From Candidatus Ozemobacteraceae bacterium (GTDB taxonomy: Bacteria; Muiribacteriota; Ozemobacteria; Ozemobacterales; Ozemobacteraceae), in the NCBI GenBank assembly GCA_965140445.1, contig OZ223236.1, forward strand, positions 2,272,001 through 2,336,000: a DNA stretch of 64,000 nt. The letters are read 5' to 3'. Position 1 is the stretch's first letter, and the number at the start of each line of letters is the position of its first letter. Positions 1 through 7,890 of the stretch are shown here, one piece after another. The position numbers and the translations under genes are program-made. The notes below the pieces were generated by a model. That model searched no databases and was not told the origin of the DNA. It worked only from the letters and a program-made list of their open reading frames with translations.

Positions 1-157
1 TGCATTTGAAACTTTTAATGTTTCTCCAACTCTTATTTCCGATATGAACATTGAAAATTCGGGAATGGTTAAGCTTAAAGCTGAAAGATATAGCAATAAG
101 CCTGTAATGACTATTAAAGCAGGAGAATTACCTCCCATTTTCTCTGAGAAAAAATAG
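1..157 (+). CDS. 3' end of an unknown protein (partial)
   Basis: Open frame 2 from window start (AFETFNVSP...PPIFSEKK) ending in TAG at 155-157. Confidence 0.6.
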   Translation, partial: AFETFNVSPTLISDMNIENSGMVKLKAERYSNKPVMTIKAGELPPIFSEKK

Positions 158-253
158 TAAAAACTGTTTCTAATTTCTAAAATTTATTTTTTCCACTGGG
201 AATTTTCCTAAAATTTGTTAGTATTATAGAATAATATTAATTGAGGTAAGCAA

Positions 254-778
254 ATGAATCGACTTTTTGTAGGACTTCTTTTAGTTCTAATGGTTATGGG
301 TATTTCTATTTCTGGATATGCTGAAAAGGCTAAAGAACCGGTGTGGTTTAATATTTTTCCAGAGGGTTTAATAAACGCAGATGCAAGTGAATATAACCTG
401 CAAGACCTTGAAGGAAAGGTTTTTGGATTGTATTTCTCTGCTTCATGGTGTCGCGGTTGCGCAGCATTCTCAAGAACATTTGTTCCTTTTAGAGATAAGC
501 ATCAAGAGAATTTTGAGGTTGTTTTGGTTGGATTTGATCATAGTTCCGTTGATATGATGGATTATATGAACAGATACAAAATGACCTGGCCTGCAATCCC
601 TTATGATAGCCCGGCAAGAATTGCTTTAAAAGAGAGATTTAATGTTACTTCTATTCCCACGTTGATTATAATGTCACAGGACGGAAGAGTTCTTACTGAA
701 GATGGACGTGAGCAAGTTGAGACAATGGAGGACAATGCCATTAAGCATTGGCTGGAATTAGACGCTCAAGGCAAGTAG
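254..778 (+). CDS. Exported thioredoxin-like protein, tryparedoxin/nucleoredoxin type
   Basis: Signal peptide; LYFSASWCRGC active site; FEVVLV, W.AIPY and cis-Pro IPTL motifs; GAGG RBS. Confidence 0.85.
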   Translation: MNRLFVGLLLVLMVMGISISGYAEKAKEPVWFNIFPEGLINADASEYNLQDLEGKVFGLYFSASWCRGCAAFSRTFVPFRDKHQENFEVVLVGFDHSSVDMMDYMNRYKMTWPAIPYDSPARIALKERFNVTSIPTLIIMSQDGRVLTEDGREQVETMEDNAIKHWLELDAQGK

Positions 779-793
779 TAATTTTTTATAAAT

Positions 794-826
794 AAAAAAA
801 AAGCAGGCTGAAAGGCCTGCTTTTTT
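794..826 (+). terminator. Rho-independent terminator
   Basis: A-tract-GCAGGC-tgaaag-GCCTGC-T-tract. Confidence 0.8.
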
Positions 827-844
827 GTTCAGGAGCTTTCGAGA

Positions 845-1525
845 TTGGAAAATAACAGCGTTAATAATTATGAGAACCTTAAAGTCAGGACTGAAACAAC
901 TTTAGAAGCTGTTTCGCTTTCAATGGCATTTTTTTGCTTTTTACTGGGTATTGTTGGATTGTTATTTTTCCTTTTTGGAAAAAGCCATGGAATAGTGCTG
1001 TTTCTGATTGGGTCCATTGGTTTTCTATTAGGTCTTTCTTTCAAAATCTGTCTGTTTGAAAACTGTGTTTTTGATACAAACACAGGATTTGTGTGGTTTG
1101 AGTATTCATACCTGTTCTGGCATGACAAAACGCCAGTTGCTGAAATTGCTGAAATTGAAACAGTTTTTGTAGAAGGAATGCAAGAGTCTGGCAGATTTGC
1201 GGATTTTTGGACTTATAGAATAAGTATTTTGCTAAAATCCGGAAAAATCCTTCCAATAGGGCGTAATAGTTTTGACAATCTAAAAGCTCAAAATGATCAG
1301 GCAAAACGAATCGCAAAGAATATCGGAGCAAGCTTTTTTCCTGCCAGAAAGGAAAAGGCTGTTCTTTTTAATCCAGAATCTTCTCCGATTAGACTTGAAT
1401 ATATTGAATGGCCAAAAGCTAAAAAGGCTGAAGAATATGTTAAAGGCTTTGTATTGGCAGCCGGATTAATTGCTTTAATCCTTGGAACCATAGTCTCTCT
1501 AACCATATTCTTCAGCCAGAATTAG
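845..1525 (+). CDS. Hypothetical membrane protein
   Basis: 226-aa ORF, TTG start after AGGAG, two N-terminal and one C-terminal hydrophobic segments. Confidence 0.7.
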   Translation: MENNSVNNYENLKVRTETTLEAVSLSMAFFCFLLGIVGLLFFLFGKSHGIVLFLIGSIGFLLGLSFKICLFENCVFDTNTGFVWFEYSYLFWHDKTPVAEIAEIETVFVEGMQESGRFADFWTYRISILLKSGKILPIGRNSFDNLKAQNDQAKRIAKNIGASFFPARKEKAVLFNPESSPIRLEYIEWPKAKKAEEYVKGFVLAAGLIALILGTIVSLTIFFSQN

Positions 1526-1536
1526 ATCAGAGAAAC

Positions 1537-2607
1537 TTAAGGTATCCTTTTAAAGCCTAGCAAGACGTCAGCAAGGTGACCAGATGTTCCATTATTTCTC
1601 TCAAAACTTCCGCTAAGAACGAGCGAGTTCCCGTTTAGATCTTTTGAGTTTTTTACAAAGTCTAGATTCAGACTCTTAATCCCCATTTGATCCAGAGTTT
1701 TTAACTCGTTCTTTTCAATTTTGCCGTTTCCATTTAAGTCCTGGTAAAGCTTTAAAGCTTTGTAAACAGGGTCAAGGAAACTAATTTTTCCATCGGAGTT
1801 TTTGTCATGCTTTGCTAGTTCAGCAAATCCATTTTGGGCTCCGTTCTGATCTCCAAATAATTCTTTCCCGTTGTCAATTTTTCCATTTCCATTTTCATCA
1901 TATACCAGCATTGCATCATCGCCTTTGACCCATGCGGTGCTGTCTAATTTTCCATCAGCGTCTATGTCGAAAATGGCTCCTTCGCCAGCTTTGGTAAGAT
2001 CAATTCCATCCCCATTCATATCCAAAACTAGTGGATCGACTTTAATAATCCCCAGATCTTCAAGTGATAATTCAGTTTTTTTAGTTTCTGTTTGAGTTTT
2101 TCTGAATTTAAGATCAAGCTTATAGCTATTCTGCTGCACGATTTGATCCGCTAATTCAGAAACTGTTGAAGGTCCTTCCGAGGAAGTTGGAGCAGGCGGG
2201 TTTTCTGTTTGATAAGCTTTTTGGGCCTGTTTTAAAAGTGATTTAAACCTCCCTTTTAGTTCCAGATACTCGTCATCATTCTTACTTATCATTCTGAGCA
2301 TCAGGTCGAGATCCTTGTCCAGTTCAATGTCCTCAGGAATCTCTTCGGAAGCTGAGCTTTCAATCTGCGAGCTGCTTGCCTGAATGCTGACATTAAGCTC
2401 TGCCTCCATGGATTGTTGTCGGAACTCAGTAAGAGTCTGTCTGATCTGATTATATGGCGAAAGTTCGACCAGATCTCTTTCAATGCTCCGGGGTTTCTGG
2501 CTTTCAGATTCTGAGACTTTTTTTGCCGGGAAAAAGGCATCTAAAGCGCGTGTGAATCTGTCAGCACGCATGTACCGTTGAGATAATATTGACGCGGAAA
2601 ATGACAT
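1537..2607 (-). CDS. Protein with C-terminal FrpC-type Ca2+-dependent self-processing (Asp-Pro autocleavage) module
   Basis: D191-P192 followed by LVLDMNGDGI...DENGNGKIDNGKELFGD...LYQDLNGNG...ELKTLDQMGIKSLNL, matching the recalled Neisseria FrpC SPM layout; GGAGGAG RBS. Confidence 0.75.
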   Translation of the reverse strand: MSFSASILSQRYMRADRFTRALDAFFPAKKVSESESQKPRSIERDLVELSPYNQIRQTLTEFRQQSMEAELNVSIQASSSQIESSASEEIPEDIELDKDLDLMLRMISKNDDEYLELKGRFKSLLKQAQKAYQTENPPAPTSSEGPSTVSELADQIVQQNSYKLDLKFRKTQTETKKTELSLEDLGIIKVDPLVLDMNGDGIDLTKAGEGAIFDIDADGKLDSTAWVKGDDAMLVYDENGNGKIDNGKELFGDQNGAQNGFAELAKHDKNSDGKISFLDPVYKALKLYQDLNGNGKIEKNELKTLDQMGIKSLNLDFVKNSKDLNGNSLVLSGSFERNNGTSGHLADVLLGFKRIP

Positions 2608-2673
2608 TTGTTTACTCCTCCTTGAGTAAGTTGCACATCCTTATGCATGAGAAAAAACACTTTCCCCTTATAT

Positions 2674-2702
2674 ATATCGGCACGTTGTGGGTATAAACTT
2701 TA
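2674..2702 (-). promoter_or_regulatory. Putative sigma28 (FliA/SigD) promoter
   Basis: Minus strand TAAA-N17-GCCGATAT (TAAAGTTT...GCCGATAT); spacer is longer than the usual 15-16. Confidence 0.5.
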
Positions 2703-2821
2703 TAGTTTTATAAAAAATGTATAAAAATTAAACAGTATTACCACGAAAATTTAAACTACAGATTAAAACCTAATAATGTTAAAATCGAAACCATCCAAAA
2801 TTGCTTTAAACCCATTATCCT

Positions 2822-3772
2822 ATGGCAAACAACAACAAAATTGCATTATGCAGGAATAGTCTTATTAAGAAAATTTCCATGCTTGGCTCTATTCCTCTTT
2901 TTATAGGGGCCTGGGCTAAGTTTGGAGCAAAACCCATAATCGCTTTTTTTATAAGTCTTTTCGCAGGAGCGCTTTTGAAACTCGCCCAGAATTGGCTTTT
3001 TGAGGATTCAGAGCGAAGTTTTCCATGGCATATGTTTGTATTAGTGCCATTGGCTGTGCCTGTTGGAGTTCCAGTCTGGGCTCCAGCATTTGGTTCAATG
3101 TTTTCTCTTGTATTTGCGGTTTGGTTTTTTGGTGGAGAACAGAAAAAGCTTTTTAATCCACTTGCCATTGCAATGATATTTCTGGTTGCAGGCTATTCTT
3201 CTGTGGCTAACTTTTCTATGGCAAAGCCTTTTGAGGGATTCAAAACCGGATTTAACAAATATTCATCAGGAATAAGTATAGGAAACGATTCGCAAGAATT
3301 TTTAAAGAAGCAGTCGAATAATATAAAGTTTAATACATATTTAAACGGCAATGTTCCTGGTGTGCCGGGTAACATTTTTCCAGTGATGGTTCTTGCTTTG
3401 GGCTTTATTATTGCCATGTTGCGCTTGAAAAGCTTATTCTGGGTTTTTTCTGTTATTACTTCGCTTGCTGCTTTTTACCTGACTGTATTCAGTGGGCAGG
3501 AATGGGTTTTACCTCCAATGCATCTTTTGCTAAGTGGGACAACGGCTATATGTATCCTGTTTGCTCTTGTTGAAATTGATAATTTTTCTTCAAGGGCTAT
3601 TGTTAGCATAGTGAGAGGCGTTTTGTTTTCATTTTTTCTAATACTTCTTGTTTCAAAATCCAACCAGATTGTTGGGCCTTTTTATGCTTTGATTTTAACT
3701 GAGGTTTTTAGTCCGTTAATTGAAGACACTCTTTTTCCCGGGAAAGCTATTGAGGTGGCAAATGAAGGTTGA
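2822..3772 (+). CDS. nqrB: NqrB/RnfD-family membrane subunit, divergent
   Basis: Multi-TM; FGG..KKLFNPLA and YLNGNVPGVPG motifs of NqrB/RnfD; first gene of a B-C-D-E-F run; no S/T-GAT flavinylation motif. Confidence 0.7.
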   Translation: MANNNKIALCRNSLIKKISMLGSIPLFIGAWAKFGAKPIIAFFISLFAGALLKLAQNWLFEDSERSFPWHMFVLVPLAVPVGVPVWAPAFGSMFSLVFAVWFFGGEQKKLFNPLAIAMIFLVAGYSSVANFSMAKPFEGFKTGFNKYSSGISIGNDSQEFLKKQSNNIKFNTYLNGNVPGVPGNIFPVMVLALGFIIAMLRLKSLFWVFSVITSLAAFYLTVFSGQEWVLPPMHLLLSGTTAICILFALVEIDNFSSRAIVSIVRGVLFSFFLILLVSKSNQIVGPFYALILTEVFSPLIEDTLFPGKAIEVANEG

Positions 3773-4361
3773 ATACAAGGACTACATTTTTATGTTTGTT
3801 CTAACCACGGTTTGTACTCTTTTTATTGTGCTTACTAAAGCCGGAATCAGTAGTGTCGGACCTTTTAGCGACAATTCAATAAAGTCCGTTTTTTCAATTC
3901 TGAAAATAGAAACATCTGTGGATACAAACTTTAATGAAGAGTTTGAAAAAAGATTTTCTTTACTTTCAAAACCTGAATCTAAGATTAAGGTCTGGCGAAT
4001 GAGGAGTAATAGCGAAATCCACCTTATAAAAGGTGAAGGCCCTGGAATGTGGGGCAAAATAGGGATTATAACCATATTCAATTCTGAGGAAAGGAAGATT
4101 CTCGGGATTCACGTCGAGTCACAGAATGAAACTCCTGGCCTTGGGAGTAAAATTTCCGGAGAAAGTTTTCTAAAGCAATTTTCAGGAATGAAGATTGATA
4201 AAGGAGTCTCTTTGGTTGACAATCCAGATGCGGATAATGAATTCGATGCAATATCAGGAGCAACAATGTCTTCTAAGGCTTTCGGCCGAATTGTAACCGA
4301 TGTAATACTCGGCTTTGATGCATTGAATGAAGATTCGCAAAATCAGGGAGCCAGGCTATGA
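3762..4361 (+). CDS. nqrC: NqrC/RnfG-family FMN-binding subunit
   Basis: ATG at 3762 after GAGG; N-terminal TM; GPGMWGKI, ETPGLG, DAISGATMSS flavinylation motif. Confidence 0.85.
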   Translation: MKVEYKDYIFMFVLTTVCTLFIVLTKAGISSVGPFSDNSIKSVFSILKIETSVDTNFNEEFEKRFSLLSKPESKIKVWRMRSNSEIHLIKGEGPGMWGKIGIITIFNSEERKILGIHVESQNETPGLGSKISGESFLKQFSGMKIDKGVSLVDNPDADNEFDAISGATMSSKAFGRIVTDVILGFDALNEDSQNQGARL

Positions 4362-4960
4362 GCATCAAAAAAACATTCTGGCAAGCAATGGTTCCAGAAA
4401 ACCCTGTTTTTATACTGGGGTTGGGGCTCTGTTCAACTTTAGCTGTAACTTCTGATCTTTTAAATGCTGTATTTATGAGTGTAATGGTCGCTTTTACCGC
4501 TGTTTCAAGTTCTGTTTTGATCTCTATGATGAGGGAATTTATCCCTTTCAGGTTCAGATTTATCACCTATATGATGGTCGTTTCTTCTTTGGTAATAACT
4601 GTTCAGCAATTTTTACACGCTCTTTATCCTGAGATTGCAAGCGCTTTGGGGCCATATGTGGGATTGATTGTTACTAATTGTATTGTAATGGGGCGTCTGG
4701 AATCGTTTTCAGCAAGAAATTCAGTTAAAACCTCTTTTTTTGATGCATTTGGAATGTCGTGCGGTTATGGTATGTTTCTAATTTTTATGGGTGGTTTTCG
4801 CGAGCTTTTTGGAAACGGGAATCTTCTTGGGTTAAGAGTAATGCCTGACTGGTACCCCGCATGTCGTTTTCTGGTTACTGCGCCAGGAGCATTTTTGGTT
4901 TTTGCACTGTTAATTTTTTCAGGAAATTATATTGCCTGGCAGCAAAAGAGGGGGAACTGA
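4358..4960 (+). CDS. nqrD: NqrD/RnfE-family membrane subunit
   Basis: ENPV..LGLCSTLAVT and GLIVTNCIVMGRLE motifs; ATGA overlap with upstream gene. Confidence 0.9.
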   Translation: MSIKKTFWQAMVPENPVFILGLGLCSTLAVTSDLLNAVFMSVMVAFTAVSSSVLISMMREFIPFRFRFITYMMVVSSLVITVQQFLHALYPEIASALGPYVGLIVTNCIVMGRLESFSARNSVKTSFFDAFGMSCGYGMFLIFMGGFRELFGNGNLLGLRVMPDWYPACRFLVTAPGAFLVFALLIFSGNYIAWQQKRGN

Positions 4961-5574
4961 TGGATTTATTGTTTCAGCATCAGATCCTGGCAATTATTTT
5001 TTCAGCAGCAATTACCGAAAATATTGCTTTAAATTACTTTTTAGGAATTTGCCCTTTTATTTCTATTTCATCTGACACAAAAACTGCATTTCAAATGGGG
5101 GTTACTGTAACCTTCGTTATGATTATGACCTCAGCCGCAAACTGGCTGATTTATTATCATCTTTTGATTCCTAACGGATTTGAAGACTTTCATCTGCTCT
5201 TTTTTATTTTAACAATTGCGGCTCTGGTTCAGTTTCTTGAAACATTTATTGATAGATATTTTCCAGCCCTTTATTCCGTTTTTGGTATTTTCCTGCCTCT
5301 GATAACAGTAAACTGTGCGGTTATGGGAGTTTCCCTTTTCTCTATAATCAGGAATTATAGCTTGATTGAAACTCTCTTGTTTTCAGCGGGAAGCGGAATT
5401 GGCTGGACTTTGGCCATATCTTTAATGGGAGCTCTAAGAAAGCGCCTGGATATGGATGCTATTCCTAAATCCTTGGGGAAAACTGGTATAACCATGATTA
5501 TTGCGGCTTTTATGGCTATGGCTTTTGCTGGCTTATCTGAGGCTTTCAGTGGAGGGCAACCATGGAAATTCTAA
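4960..5574 (+). CDS. nqrE: NqrE/RnfA-family membrane subunit
   Basis: ATG at 4960 (TGATG coupling); ENI.L..FLGICPFI and GIFLPLITVNCAVMG. Confidence 0.9.
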   Translation: MDLLFQHQILAIIFSAAITENIALNYFLGICPFISISSDTKTAFQMGVTVTFVMIMTSAANWLIYYHLLIPNGFEDFHLLFFILTIAALVQFLETFIDRYFPALYSVFGIFLPLITVNCAVMGVSLFSIIRNYSLIETLLFSAGSGIGWTLAISLMGALRKRLDMDAIPKSLGKTGITMIIAAFMAMAFAGLSEAFSGGQPWKF

Positions 5575-6644
5575 AAGCGCTTGTTATAGTAAATCTTTTT
5601 GTCTTGTCTCTTTGCTTTCTTCTGGCACTTACCAGTGTCCTTTTCAAACAAAGTGGAAAGCGCAAGCTCAGGGTTAATGATAAAGAGCCGGTTGAAATTG
5701 AATACGGAACTACACTTTATGATGCCTTGGCCGAAAATAATGTGTTTCTTCCAGCTGCTTGCGGGGGACGAGGGACTTGTGGAAAGTGCGCTCTAAAGGC
5801 AACAGGCGGTGGCCCGGTACATCCCCTTGAAACTATTTTCTTTTCAAAAGATGAATTGGAAAAAGGATTAAGATTGTCCTGCCAACTCAAGATCAGAGAA
5901 GATGTATGCGTCAAGGTTCCGGAATCTCTTCTGGCAACCAGACTATTTAAAGCCAGTATAGAAAAAACTGAGCAAAGATCACAAACAATAAAAAGAATTA
6001 CAATGAAATGCTCTGGCGAAGAGGTGGATTTTAAGCCGGGGCAATATATTCAGATAATCAATGAACAACCTTGGGAAAAGGTTATTCGCGCTTATTCTAT
6101 TTCATCAGCCCCCGGAGAAAAGCTCGTAAGCATAGATGTACAGGCAATACCAGGGGGGGTGATGAGTAATTGGCTTCACGAAAGGTGCGCAGGTGAACAA
6201 ATACTTTTCACAGGACCATACGGTGAAATGGAACTCCCGGATAATCTTCCTGAAAAGCTGATTCTAATCGCAGGGGGAGTTGGGTATGCTCCTATGCGCT
6301 CAATTATTAAATGGTTTTCCAATGTAAAACCAGATCTGGAATTGCAGTTGTTTTGGGGAGCAAGAAATGCCAATGAGCTATATGATCATAACGAGTTGGT
6401 GCAAATGGAGCAGGAGTTTGCAGAATTCAATTACTTCCCAGCCCTTTCTCAGCCTCTTATTGAAGAGGGATGGACTGGAGAAAATGGATTTATTCATGAA
6501 TTGCTGGAAAAGAAGTTTCCCGTTGGAAATGATATAATGTTTTTTGTTTGTGGTCCCAAACTAATGATGGAAGCGGTGGATAGGCTTTTGCAAAACCGTG
6601 GAATCGGCTCTGATAAAATCTTTACCGATCCTTTTGATTTCTGA
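5562..6644 (+). CDS. nqrF: NqrF-like membrane-anchored 2Fe-2S/FAD/NAD(H) oxidoreductase
   Basis: N-terminal TM; CGGRGTCGKC...RLSCQ; RAYSISS; GPYG; IAGGVGYAP; CGP. Confidence 0.85.
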   Translation: MEILKALVIVNLFVLSLCFLLALTSVLFKQSGKRKLRVNDKEPVEIEYGTTLYDALAENNVFLPAACGGRGTCGKCALKATGGGPVHPLETIFFSKDELEKGLRLSCQLKIREDVCVKVPESLLATRLFKASIEKTEQRSQTIKRITMKCSGEEVDFKPGQYIQIINEQPWEKVIRAYSISSAPGEKLVSIDVQAIPGGVMSNWLHERCAGEQILFTGPYGEMELPDNLPEKLILIAGGVGYAPMRSIIKWFSNVKPDLELQLFWGARNANELYDHNELVQMEQEFAEFNYFPALSQPLIEEGWTGENGFIHELLEKKFPVGNDIMFFVCGPKLMMEAVDRLLQNRGIGSDKIFTDPFDF

Positions 6645-6646
6645 AT

Positions 6647-7810
6647 ATGGGGAAGAATATGAGTAAGCTCAAGGCGTTTTTGATGACAGTTGTAATTTCA
6701 ATTCTCGGCATTTATTTTGCCGAAAATGTGCTTTGTGCAGATCAGGCGACAAATGATTTAACTACAAAATCTGTTTCCTCTGAGCAAACAGCGAGATGCA
6801 TTCAATGTCATAAGGGACGCCAAAAAAGACTCATCGACGATTGGGAAAAAAGCGCTCATGCAAAAAATGGAGTTGGCTGTTACGAATGCCATAGTGTCGA
6901 ACCAGGCAACCCATCTGGAAAAAACGGTCATTTTGGTTTTGTGGTTAGCCTTGCTGTAACTCCTGATACTTGTGGAAAGTGCCATGCTGAAGAATTTAAA
7001 TCATTTGCTTCTTCAAGTCATGCACTGGCTTTTGATCTGGTTGCGGATGTGGCTTCGCAGTCTATAGCCACAAGTAATGGAATTATTTTTGAGAGAAGTT
7101 GCGCAATGTGTCACGGAAATTCTGATCAGTTTGAGAGAGGGGTTCCAATAAATAATAGATGGCCAAACCATGGTATTGGAAGGATTAACGCAGATGGGTC
7201 ACGCGGAAATTGTGCTGCATGTCATTCTAAACACGATTTTTCATTGGCTAAAGTCAGGGATGCGGATACCTGTGGAAGGTGCCACCATGGGCAGCCAGGT
7301 CCCATGAAAGAAATCTGGGAGGCATCGAGGCACGGGAATTCATTTGAAATTGCCAACAAGGATGTGGATTTTTCCAGAAGAGGTTTTATGCCATTTAGGG
7401 ATGGGGTGAAGATTCCAAATTGCTATGTCTGTCACATGGCGGGTGTAGATGAAAGCGGAAAAGGGAAAACCCACGACCCTGCAGAGCGAATTTCATGGTC
7501 ACTTGCGGGAATGCCTGCTGCAAAGAATGCGAATTGGGGCTCCAAGCGAAATTTGATGAAAACCATGTGTCGAAATTGTCATGGTAATAGTCAGATAAAT
7601 GGTTATTACAGTGCGTTGGACAAAGTTGTTTTTTCTTGCAATGATTTTGGAAAGGTTCATGAAAATCTTATTGCCTCTATGAGTCCTGTGCTTAGAACTG
7701 AATTTAAACGAGCTCTTAAGCGTATGAAATTCGGGGCGGCAATGATGAGTCCAATTCATGTAACTGAGGGAGAAAGCCGTTTTAAAGTGCTTCTTGATGG
7801 AAAAAATTAA
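6647..7810 (+). CDS. Exported octaheme cytochrome c, hydroxylamine oxidoreductase (HAO)-family
   Basis: Eight CxxCH motifs (CIQCH, CYECH, CGKCH, CAMCH, CAACH, CGRCH, CYVCH, CRNCH); WPNHGIGRIN.DGS.G.C; signal peptide; alternative start at 6659. Confidence 0.85.
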   Translation: MGKNMSKLKAFLMTVVISILGIYFAENVLCADQATNDLTTKSVSSEQTARCIQCHKGRQKRLIDDWEKSAHAKNGVGCYECHSVEPGNPSGKNGHFGFVVSLAVTPDTCGKCHAEEFKSFASSSHALAFDLVADVASQSIATSNGIIFERSCAMCHGNSDQFERGVPINNRWPNHGIGRINADGSRGNCAACHSKHDFSLAKVRDADTCGRCHHGQPGPMKEIWEASRHGNSFEIANKDVDFSRRGFMPFRDGVKIPNCYVCHMAGVDESGKGKTHDPAERISWSLAGMPAAKNANWGSKRNLMKTMCRNCHGNSQINGYYSALDKVVFSCNDFGKVHENLIASMSPVLRTEFKRALKRMKFGAAMMSPIHVTEGESRFKVLLDGKN

Positions 7811-7835
7811 GGAAAACTGTTAAAAGTGCCGATAT
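7808..7835 (+). promoter_or_regulatory. Putative sigma28 (FliA/SigD) promoter
   Basis: TAAG-N16-GCCGATAT upstream of GGAGG RBS and ATG 7891. Confidence 0.55.
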
Positions 7836-7890
7836 AAAGTATAAGGAATAAAAAAAATAGTCAGGGACGACGCAATTTTGGAGGCGGCAC

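Noticed and set aside
2776..2859. Short ORF overlapping the nqrB start (possible frameshifted N-terminus)
   Set aside because: 27 codons with no recognisable similarity to NqrB/RnfD N-termini; cannot support a frameshift
2822..6644. Calling the operon a canonical Rnf or Na+-NQR
   Set aside because: No RnfB/RnfC or NqrA in the operon, and the B subunit lacks the flavinylation motif
6647..7810. HAO as evidence of ammonia oxidation or anammox
   Set aside because: No amo, cycA/B or hzs genes in the window and no apparent cross-link Tyr; context is fermentative
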